64,000 bases of DNA from an uncultured delta proteobacterium (GTDB lineage Bacteria > Myxococcota > Myxococcia > Myxococcales > Myxococcaceae), in NCBI GenBank assembly GCA_963771175.1, contig CAVYSY010000039.1, forward strand, positions 384,001 to 448,000, given 5' to 3'. The translations under genes were made by a program, and so were the position numbers. Every line of letters begins with the position of its first letter. The stretch's first letter is position 1. Under the pieces are notes generated by a model that searched no databases, was not told the origin of the DNA, and saw nothing but the letters and a program-made list of their open reading frames with translations. Positions 11,334 through 21,353 of this stretch are shown in pieces.

Positions 11334-12023
11334 ATGCACCGCCTGCTGCTCCTGCTCGCCCTCACCTTGGCCGCCCCCTCCCCCGCCCAGTCGGCACGGA
11401 CCCTCAACACCGAGGGCTTCCGCCTCTACCAGGCCGGTAAGTACCCCGAAGCCTTGGAGAAGTTCGAGGCCGCCGCCCAGGCGGACCCCAAGCTCGCCCT
11501 CGCCCACTACAACGTGGCCGCCACCCTGGGCGTGCTGCGCAAGCAGGGGCAGATCTGCCAGTACTCGGCCCACCGGGAGACGATCCTGGAGCGGCTGAAC
11601 ACCGCCGTGCGGTTGGATCCGCGGCGGCTCGCCCGGGCGAAGCAGGACGCGGACCTGGACCCCATTCGGGACACGGTGGGCTGGCAGCGCCTCCTGGGCC
11701 GCTCTCCGGAGAAGCAGGCCCACGTCCCGGAGCTCCTCCGTCGGGTGAGCTGGTTCTCCCCCGGCGAGGGCGTCTACGGCTCCACCCGGAAGCTCACCTT
11801 CCCCGACGGCCAGCGCGTCGTGCTGTGGCGGCGGGTCATCGAGGACGAGAAGGACCCGAGCCGCACCGAGGAGGTGACGGGGAAGTACAGCGTGAAGGGC
11901 CGAACCATCACCCTGACCTTCCCGGGGAAGAAGCCCCTTCAGGGAAAGATGACGACGCGCGGGGTGCTCGAGTTCGAGGAATTGGGAACGTTCCTGGACT
12001 CTCCGTCCGAGTGCGAGGCGTAA
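11334..12023 (+). CDS. Secreted TPR-repeat protein
   Basis: Signal peptide, then TPR LNTEGFRLYQAGKYPEALEKF...AHYNVA and a DADLD motif. Confidence 0.75.
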   Translation: MHRLLLLLALTLAAPSPAQSARTLNTEGFRLYQAGKYPEALEKFEAAAQADPKLALAHYNVAATLGVLRKQGQICQYSAHRETILERLNTAVRLDPRRLARAKQDADLDPIRDTVGWQRLLGRSPEKQAHVPELLRRVSWFSPGEGVYGSTRKLTFPDGQRVVLWRRVIEDEKDPSRTEEVTGKYSVKGRTITLTFPGKKPLQGKMTTRGVLEFEELGTFLDSPSECEA

Positions 12024-12095
12024 GACGGATCCACCCAGGGGGACTTGGCGACCGAGCCCCCCCTGCCCACCCTCCTTTCAGGGAGGTGTTGGAGC

Positions 12096-12557
12096 ATGCT
12101 GCGACTCGAGGGACGGCAGTGGGGCCTGGTGGTTCTGGTGGCGGGGAGCCCCTTCCTCGTCGCCTTCCTGCTGGCGGTCCAGGCGCCGGGCCTCATCGAG
12201 CCCGTGCTCGGCACCGTGCTCGGCGGCGCGAGCTGGGTGCTGGCGGCAATCCTGGGGGTGCTGGGGGGCGCGGTGTTCGCGGACTGCCTGGGCCGCATGG
12301 AGCAGTCGCCCGAGCTCGTCGCCTCACCGGTCCGGCGCGTGACCGGGCTGCTCTTCGCGTCGCTCGCGCCCGTGCTGCTGTGCATCGTCCCGGCGATCTG
12401 CCTGCTGCTCGCCGGACCGGCCCTCGCCGTCCGCCTCGAGCGCGACGGGGACATGCCCCGGGAGCTGCCCATCCGCTCGCCCCAGGACATCGCGGAGCGG
12501 CTCCGGCACCAGTTGCCTCGGGTGCTGCCGAACCTGCCCCGGGTCAACCCGGGGTGA
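12096..12557 (+). CDS. Hypothetical membrane protein (about 3 TM segments)
   Basis: Hydrophobic segments and host-like codon usage; no recognised motif. Confidence 0.5.
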   Translation: MLRLEGRQWGLVVLVAGSPFLVAFLLAVQAPGLIEPVLGTVLGGASWVLAAILGVLGGAVFADCLGRMEQSPELVASPVRRVTGLLFASLAPVLLCIVPAICLLLAGPALAVRLERDGDMPRELPIRSPQDIAERLRHQLPRVLPNLPRVNPG

Positions 12558-12605
12558 GTCGCGGCGAGGGCCGGGGATTGTTCACCCCAGCCCTCACCCG
12601 GAAAC

Positions 12606-14633
12606 TCAGGCCGCCTTCGTCTTGGCGGCGGTGGCGCTGAGCGCGTACCAGGCGGTGCGGAAGGCCTTCAGCTCGCGCAAGCCGGCCGGGTGACGACCCA
12701 GGGCGGGCGCCACCGTGACGGGCAGGCCGATCTTCTTCTCGATGTTCTTCGCGGCGTTGAGCTCGTTCTTCCGGCGGTTCTCGCACCGGGCGCAGTCCGC
12801 CTTCGGACCCACCCGGTTCACCAGCACGCGCTCGACCTGGAGCTTGCGCTCCTTGAGGTACTCCACCAGCCGCTCGGTACGCGCCGCCGCCTGCTCCTCA
12901 CCGCGCGTCACCACCACGAAGCGCGACTCGGTGGGCGAGGCCAGCGCATCCTCGAAGCGCTTGATGTGCTTGAGGAACGCGGCCATGTCGTCGGCCAGCT
13001 CGCCCAGGCCCTTGGACTTGTACCTGGACAGCACGGCGTGCAGCGCGGTGAACCAGCCCTTCGCCGTGTCGGCCAGCTCCACCACGCGCATGGAGTTCAC
13101 CATGGGCGCCCCGTCCACGACGATGCGCTTGAAACGCTCCTGCACCAGCGCGTCCGTCAGGCAGGACATGGCCGCCAGCTCGTCGATGCCCGGAGGCGCC
13201 GCGTCCAGCAGGTTGCGGAACAGCAGCAGGTCCGTCGGCACCTCGTTGCCCGTCTTGGGCGCGCCCTCGAAGGCCTTCTCCGCCTTCTCCTTCCAGCGCT
13301 TGCGCAGGTTGCTGAACCAGCCCGCCATGTCCAGCTCGCGCGCGTAGAGGCCCTTGGTGCCCTTCACCTGCGTCTCGACGTCCGTCAGGCGGCTCTGCAG
13401 CACGTCCGACAGCGAGTGCGCCGGATCCGTGGAGATGAGGAGCACCGGCCCCTCCTTCTCCGTCAGCGTCACCGCCGCGGCGGCCGCGCAGGAGCTCTTC
13501 CCCACCCCGCCCTGGCCCACGAAGAAGATGAGACGCGTGGGAGGCAGCGGCGGCGCCGCGATGGGCGGCATGGACGGAGCGCGAACCAGTGCCGGCGGGC
13601 CCTCGGACGGGGCGAACTCCAGCGCCTTCGTCTCCTTGCCGCTCGCCCACTCCTTGGAGAAGACCTTCAGCAGCTCCAGGCCGCGCGGCGCCACCTCGCG
13701 CTTGCCCACGAGGTGCACCGGCACGTTCTTGTCCAGCGCCTGGAACTTGCGCACGTGCGGCGCCTGGAGTCCGCGGCGGCCCTGGCAGGCGGGACAGCCT
13801 TCCTTGTCCTCCACCTGGTTGACCACCACCTCCACCACCGGAATGCCGCGCTCACGCAGCTGCGTGAAGTACATGCGCGTCTGGGCCTCGGGCACCGGCT
13901 CCGCCAGCGCCACCAGGTGGAAGGCCGTGCGCGCCGGATCCTTCAGCAGCGCCAGCAGCTTCTCCGCCCTGGCCGAAAACTCCTCCAGGAAGCCCTGCTC
14001 CTCCGTCGCCGCGGCCGAGGCCTTCTTGCCCTTGGCATTGGCCGCCCGCTCCGCCCCCGCCTTCACGAGGCCCAGGAACTTGCGCAGCCCCACCGGCATG
14101 TCGAAGAGGCGCAGCGTGTGGCTGGTGGGCGCCGTGTCCACCACCACCCGGTCGAACTCGCCGCTCTCGGCCAGCTCCACCACGTGCAGCAGGCCCAGCA
14201 GTTCCTCCAGCCCCGGAACGGCCTGGCTGTACAACTTGCCCAGATCCTCCTCCGACAGGTGGGTGCCCTTCACCGCCGTCTTCTGCAGCGCGGGCAGGTA
14301 CTTCGTCAGAAAGGGCTTGAGCAGCGTGGCGGGCTCCACCTCCATCGCCCAGAGGCCGCCGTCCGCCTTGCCCTTCGCCGCCTTGCCCTTGCCCTTCGGC
14401 TCCGGCTTGGACTCCTTGGGAGCCTCGCCGTCCTCCGCGTCCAGCTTCGCCGGCTTCGCGGACAGCTTCTTCTTCACCAGGTCCGAGAGGGAGCGCACCG
14501 GGTCCAACGAAACGAGCAGCACCTTCTCCTTTGGCGCTTCATCCGCAAGCCGCAGCGCGTACGCCGCCGCGAGCGTGGTCTTGCCCACCCCGCCCTTGCC
14601 GCCGAAGAAGTGAAGAACTCGCGCGTCGCTCAT
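12606..14633 (-). CDS. Tandem-domain ArsA/Get3-family ATPase
   Basis: Starts MSDARVLHFFGGKGGVGKTT. Second half has GQGGVGKSS and STDPAHSL. Each half carries a CxxC (CPAC, CARC). Confidence 0.88.
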   Translation of the reverse strand: MSDARVLHFFGGKGGVGKTTLAAAYALRLADEAPKEKVLLVSLDPVRSLSDLVKKKLSAKPAKLDAEDGEAPKESKPEPKGKGKAAKGKADGGLWAMEVEPATLLKPFLTKYLPALQKTAVKGTHLSEEDLGKLYSQAVPGLEELLGLLHVVELAESGEFDRVVVDTAPTSHTLRLFDMPVGLRKFLGLVKAGAERAANAKGKKASAAATEEQGFLEEFSARAEKLLALLKDPARTAFHLVALAEPVPEAQTRMYFTQLRERGIPVVEVVVNQVEDKEGCPACQGRRGLQAPHVRKFQALDKNVPVHLVGKREVAPRGLELLKVFSKEWASGKETKALEFAPSEGPPALVRAPSMPPIAAPPLPPTRLIFFVGQGGVGKSSCAAAAAVTLTEKEGPVLLISTDPAHSLSDVLQSRLTDVETQVKGTKGLYARELDMAGWFSNLRKRWKEKAEKAFEGAPKTGNEVPTDLLLFRNLLDAAPPGIDELAAMSCLTDALVQERFKRIVVDGAPMVNSMRVVELADTAKGWFTALHAVLSRYKSKGLGELADDMAAFLKHIKRFEDALASPTESRFVVVTRGEEQAAARTERLVEYLKERKLQVERVLVNRVGPKADCARCENRRKNELNAAKNIEKKIGLPVTVAPALGRHPAGLRELKAFRTAWYALSATAAKTKAA

Positions 14634-14995
14634 GAAAACGTGGCCCTTCCTAGACCCCCCCGGCATGAACGTTCTCCGTCCGTTTGTGGACAACCTTGGA
14701 GAAGGTGCACCGACCGTGGACGTACACCCCAAGTAGGGTGCCGTGCTACCGGTGCTCCGTGGGTGTGTGTGACCTGAAGGATCGCCCGCAGTGAGCCTGT
14801 GAGTCAAGCGAAGAGGGGTTATCCTACCCCGCATCTCGCGCACTGCGTCATGCTTGCTTGTCCTATCGGGCATGCGCTCGCCACCCGGTCTCCGGGCATG
14901 CGGACAGGGAGTGGAAGCGACGCGCCGAGCTGACCCTTCAGGTCGCCCCGGGCGCAAAGCCCCCAGAAGTGGGTGGGATCCGGTAGGAGGGCGGC

Positions 14996-16438
<1,443 letters not shown>

Positions 16439-16501
16439 GTGAGCACCTCCAGACATCTGACAATTCGGATGCGGAAATGGTTTCGATGCCCGCTCGAGGG
16501 C

Positions 16502-17182
16502 TCAGACGAGAGGGAAGGTCAGCCGGCATAGTCCCGCGTGAAGCTTGAGCTCCACCCCGAGCTGCGCACAGCGCAGCTCCAGGGCCGCCACCACCTCCGG
16601 TGAGTTCTCCGCCGGGGTGTGGATGGCATCGACCACCTCGAGCACCGCCCGCGAGTCCTCGGCCCGCACCGACACCGTCACCTCGGCGCCCGACTCCGAG
16701 CGTCCGTAGGCCCTCATCAGGGCCTGCACCACCAGGAAGCCCAGCTCGCCCGTATCCGACAGCCGCGCCCGCACCTCGGGGGCGATCGTCGGGCGCACCT
16801 GCAGGCGCCGCTTGCGGCTCTCGTGCGCCAGCACGTCCAGGGCGCGCGTCACCGTCTCGGATAGGTCCGCATCCCCCACCGAGCCCGGGCGGGCCACGAT
16901 GAAGTCGGAGAAGCGCCGCAGGATCCCATCCACACGCTGGATCTGCTCGCGCATGGCCTTGAGGTTCTTCTCCTGCGAGGGCGGCACCTGACCCGTCTCG
17001 CCCTTGAGCTTCTCGGAGAGGACCTCGAGGTGGATGGACAACGCGTTCAAGGGATTGCGCACATCGTGCAGGAGGCTATCCATCAGCGTGGGCACCACAC
17101 CGTAACGGGCGGCATCCACCACCGGATCGGCCCCTTCGCGTACCGAGGGCGCACCGCTGCTCGCAGCCGTGGAGGAAATCAC
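16502..17182 (-). CDS. nla6S: Atypical histidine kinase, Nla6S family
   Basis: H-box LLHDVRNPLNAL (H39). The catalytic domain lacks N and G boxes but keeps an Asp (LEVVD, D185). It lies directly upstream of the enhancer-binding protein gene. Confidence 0.75.
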   Translation of the reverse strand: MISSTAASSGAPSVREGADPVVDAARYGVVPTLMDSLLHDVRNPLNALSIHLEVLSEKLKGETGQVPPSQEKNLKAMREQIQRVDGILRRFSDFIVARPGSVGDADLSETVTRALDVLAHESRKRRLQVRPTIAPEVRARLSDTGELGFLVVQALMRAYGRSESGAEVTVSVRAEDSRAVLEVVDAIHTPAENSPEVVAALELRCAQLGVELKLHAGLCRLTFPLV

Positions 17183-17309
17183 GAGAGCTCCTAGAAGGTT
17201 GACCGGCGCCCCAAACCCCCGCCGCCCTGTCGCCGCGAGGATTTAGGGAGCCCCTCTGACACCGTCAACCCTGGGGCGGTAATTCTTGCCGGCTGCGGCG
17301 AATTCCCAC

Positions 17310-17325
17310 AGCAAAGCGTCGGCCA
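17310..17325 (-). promoter_or_regulatory. Putative sigma54 -24/-12 promoter for nla6S-nla6
   Basis: Minus strand reads TGGCCGACGCTTTGCT (GG-N10-GC with TTGC), about 130 bp upstream of the kinase gene. Confidence 0.5.
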
Positions 17326-17420
17326 CCTCGCCAACCGGTGTCCCAAAGAGAACGCTTCACTTGTACCGCCGGACCAGTCCACGCGGAGTTCGTGAACTGC
17401 CCGACATCATCCGGTGGAGC

Positions 17421-17885
17421 TCAGCGCTCGCCTGCCGGCCGCTCCTCGGGGCCCGGGCCCACGAGCTCGATCTCCAGCCGGGCCGCGTACTCGAAGATGC
17501 GCGGATCACGGTAGAACTCGCCGTAGACGATGCGGCGCACGCCCGTGTTCGCGATCAGCTTGAAGCACGGCCAGCAGGGACTGGCGGTGGTGTAGAGCGT
17601 GGTGGGCTTCTCTCGCTCACTGTCGATCCGCACACCGTTCTTGGCCGCCTGGAGGATGGCGTTGGCCTCGGCGTGGACGGTGGCCACACAGTGGCCGTTC
17701 TCCATCATGTGGCCCACGTCGTCGCAGTGGGGCAGGCCCCGGATGGCGCCGTTGTAGCCGGTGGAGAGGATGGTGCGGTCGCGCACCAGGAGCGCACCCA
17801 CATGCTTCCTGTCGCACGTGGCTCGGCTGGCCACCTGGCGCGCGATGTCCATGAAGTACTGATCCCAGGAGTTCCGGTTGCCCAT
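17421..17885 (-). CDS. dCMP deaminase / ComEB-family zinc deaminase
   Basis: WDQYFM, TGYNG, HAEANA and PCWPC motifs. Confidence 0.88.
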   Translation of the reverse strand: MGNRNSWDQYFMDIARQVASRATCDRKHVGALLVRDRTILSTGYNGAIRGLPHCDDVGHMMENGHCVATVHAEANAILQAAKNGVRIDSEREKPTTLYTTASPCWPCFKLIANTGVRRIVYGEFYRDPRIFEYAARLEIELVGPGPEERPAGER

Positions 17886-17958
17886 GCGTGCCTCCCCGCC
17901 TCCGGCATGTACCGTGGCGGAGGGCGCTGTCGAGTTTTCCGGCCGACTCCCGAGCGGG

Positions 17959-18846
17959 CTAGCGGCTGGCGGTCTGCGAGCCGTCGGTGCCCGAGCCCGT
18001 CGCGGTGCCGCCGAGCAACCGGGCGAAGCCCTTCTGCTGGAGGAACTGGCGCACCTTGGAGCTGGGGGCGGCGAAGGTTTCTCCGGGCATGGGCACGTCG
18101 AAGCTGAAGTTCTGCTCGGCCACGGCGAAGCCCACCTTGGCGGTGCGGTAGCCCTCGACGATGGCGAGCAGCTTGCCGGACTCCAGGCTGAAGATGCCGC
18201 CGCCAGAGGCGCCGTAGCCGATGGCCGCGTCCGTCTTCAGCATGAGCGGCTTCTTGGTCTGCTTGTCCCACTCGAGCTGGGACACCATGCCGCCGGAGAG
18301 CGACAGAGCCCGGCCGAAGGGCGAGGCAGCCACCACCACGTCATCGCCCAGCTCCAGTTCCGTGTCGGCGGCGAGCCGCGCGGGCTCCAGCGGCAGGCCG
18401 GGCACCTTCACCAGCGCCAGATCCATGTCCGGCACCACGCCCGTGGCCACCACCTGCGCTCCGTACTCGGTGGAGTCGGCGCGGTCGTCCACGATGACGA
18501 CGAGGCGCGGCTCCTTCAGGTCGCCCATCTCCACCGCGTGCGCGTTGGTGAGCACGTAGCTGACGAGCCCCTCGGCGGTCTTCTCGTTGCCGATGACGAC
18601 GCCCGAGGCGGTGCGCCGCGCCTTGCCGCCCTCGTGGATGGCGAGCCGCACGTTGTGCGGGAGGATTCGCTTCACCAACTCCTTACGCGTGGGCCGGGGC
18701 GCCAGGGCGCCTGGCGCCTGCATCACCACCGGAGTGGAGCCCCCACCGCCGGTGCCCGCGCCCTCGGTGAGGGCGACCGGGTTCGGTGCCGCGGCACAGG
18801 ACAGGAGTGCGAAGAGGGCAGGCGCGCCCAGGGCGAAACGAGGCAT
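17959..18846 (-). CDS. Trypsin-like (S1) serine protease lipoprotein
   Basis: Lipobox LLSC; catalytic triad motifs LTNAHAV, DLALVKV and GASGG. Confidence 0.85.
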   Translation of the reverse strand: MPRFALGAPALFALLSCAAAPNPVALTEGAGTGGGGSTPVVMQAPGALAPRPTRKELVKRILPHNVRLAIHEGGKARRTASGVVIGNEKTAEGLVSYVLTNAHAVEMGDLKEPRLVVIVDDRADSTEYGAQVVATGVVPDMDLALVKVPGLPLEPARLAADTELELGDDVVVAASPFGRALSLSGGMVSQLEWDKQTKKPLMLKTDAAIGYGASGGGIFSLESGKLLAIVEGYRTAKVGFAVAEQNFSFDVPMPGETFAAPSSKVRQFLQQKGFARLLGGTATGSGTDGSQTASR

Positions 18847-18982
18847 CGACGCTCCGAAACAGAGGGGGGAAGGGGGAACAAAGACCCTCAACCACTATTG
18901 AGCCCCCAGTTTCCCCTTGCTACGCATTTTCGGAAAGCACCACGCCCAGCGAGCGCCCGTCCGCCCGGCTGCTCGCGGCCGT

Positions 18983-21251
18983 TCAGCCGTAGCGCTTCTT
19001 CATGAGGAAGAGGATGGCGTCCTTGGCGCAGTGCTCGCAGTAGCCGTAGCGCTCGTGCATCGTCTTGAGGGTGCTCTCCACCTGGGTCTGCTCGCGCGAG
19101 GACAACGTGCCGCGCTCCTCGGAGAGGTACTTGAGGATGTTCTCCTTGTTGCGGCGCAGCACCCGCTTGCGCTCCTCGAAGTAGTGGTCGCGCAGGCGGC
19201 GGAACAGGTCCGGGAAGATGCGCGGGTAGTCCATCTCCGCGTCCGGGTTGTCCAGCTTGTGCGCGCCGATCTGCGGTGATGAGCCCGCGGCGGTACTCGC
19301 CCGGATCCTCGCCCCGAGGCATCACGATGGCCTCCAGCTCCGCCATGCGCTGCTCGTCCGGGCGCTCCATCTCGCCGGTGATCCGGTTGCGGATCTTCTC
19401 GCCCTTCACCCAGTGGCTCACGTTGTAGACGTAGCGCTCCACCAGCTCACGGTACTGGCCCTCGGAGACGAGCCCCATGGACTCGCGCACCTCCTCGTCC
19501 ACCCGGTCGAGGTACTCGGCCTCCACCGCGCGCACGAACTCCTCGTGGTCGTGGTAGCCGTCCACCACCTCCTGCAGGAGGAACTCGTAGACGCTCTTGT
19601 CCTTGCAGATGGCCTCGAGCTCCTCGAGCACCGCCAGCGCGTTGAGGCACTTGTAGTCGGCGTTCTGCGCGGCGTTGAAGAGCGCCGTCTTGATCTCCCG
19701 GGCGCTCGCGCCGCTGCGGCCCTCGTAGTTGGGGTAGGCGTCGGACTCCTCGTAGATGTCCGTGCGCAGCTTCCGCAGCTCCTTGCCGTGCGAGAGGCTC
19801 AGCCGGTCCGGCACCACGCCCTCCTCGTACAGGTGCATCTTCTCCACCGGCGTCACCTGATCCACGAGCTCCTTCACCTCGGGCGGGTAGCGCTCGGGGA
19901 TGGGCTTCTTGAGGCGGGTGAGCACGGCCCACATGGCGGCCACCTCGGTGGCGTGCGGGGCCACGTGCTTGCCCACGGTGGTGGGGGTGATTTGAGCGTC
20001 GTAGATCTCCTGCTCCAGCTTGTAGCGGCGCAGGTAGGGCACGCGCACCAGCTCGATGCGGCCCTTGAAGGAGGCGAAGTCCGGCAGCTCCTTGAAGGCG
20101 GCCAGGTGCTTCTCGTTGGACGAGGCGATGAGCACCTCGTCGAGCTGCAGCACGAAGTGCTCGAGCGGCACCTGCGACGTCTCGCTGAAGCCCAGCAGGT
20201 ACTTGAAGGCCTCCAGCGGGCGCTTGAGCAGATCCGAGTACTCGATGATGCCGCGGTTGGCGTGGACGAGCGGGCCGTGGGGCTCGAAGAGGGCCACGTT
20301 GTGGAGCGCGGGCGGGACGTTGAGCTGGGTGCGGTCCGCCGTCACCTGCTGGTACATGGCGTCCACGCTCATCTGCGGCTCCACCGTCACCGTGCCCACC
20401 TGGTAGCGGCGCGAGATGTAGAAGCGCTCGACGCGCACGTGGCGCAGCACCTGGAGGTAGTCGCCCTTGTAGTTGGCCAGCAGCGCCGTGTAGATGCTGC
20501 GGCACTTGTGGCACATCTCTCCGCCGAGGATGTAGTCGGAGAGGACGAAGTCGCTGTCCCCCTGCCCGTCCCCGTTGCCCAGGCCCTTCTTCTTCAGCGC
20601 ACCCTCCAGCAGGCGATGGCGCTCGGTGGGAGGCACGACGAAGAGCGGGTGATCCCGCAGCTCGCAGGGGATGCGCACGTCGATGGACTCGGCATCCAGG
20701 TGCGCGTAGGTGGAGAACTCTCCGGCGGGACTCGCCGCCGCGGTCGCGGCGCGCTCGCCTCCGAAGCCGATGGAGCCCTTGACGAGCTTCTCCGAGGGGA
20801 AGATCCAACTGACGCGGTAGAGGGCCCCCTGGGGCTGGCGCGAGTAGTCCTCCATCCCGGTCTTGAGCGCGTTGACGAGGGTCGACTTCGCGCTGCCGTT
20901 GGGGCCGTGCAGCATGATGAGCTTGTTGATGCGGCCGGCGCGCGTGAAGTTGCCGAGCATCCGGTAGATGGCGTTCTGGACCTCCTCCTGGCCCGCGACG
21001 CGGCCGTTCCGGTCGCTCGAGGGAACGTCGAAGACCTTGAACCGGCGGATCTTCCCGGTGGGGTGCGGCACCTGCTCGGTGCCATAGTGGTCCATCACGT
21101 CCCGCAAGTACTGGGCGGCGTTGCGCGACTGCCCCCGTGGATCCCCCATGAAGAGCGAGAGGTACTCCTCGAAGGACAGGATGGAGCGATTCTTGACGAA
21201 GTCGTCGGACACCTGGGCGCCCACTTCCTGCAGGTATCGCTTGGCTTCCAC
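18983..21251 (-). CDS. prkA: PrkA/YeaG-family AAA+ serine protein kinase (frameshift near 19270)
   Basis: LHGPNGSAKST, ANRGIIEYSDLLKRP and GASARE motifs; C-terminal YGYCEHCAKD is in ORF 18983..19234. Confidence 0.82.
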
Positions 21252-21353
21252 GGGATGACTCCTCTGTGCTGTAGTTCAGGAACCCACTAACCACGCCGGC
21301 GGGTCGCCGCCATGTCGCGCGGGACCCACGGAACTTTCCTCTCGGGGAGCGGG

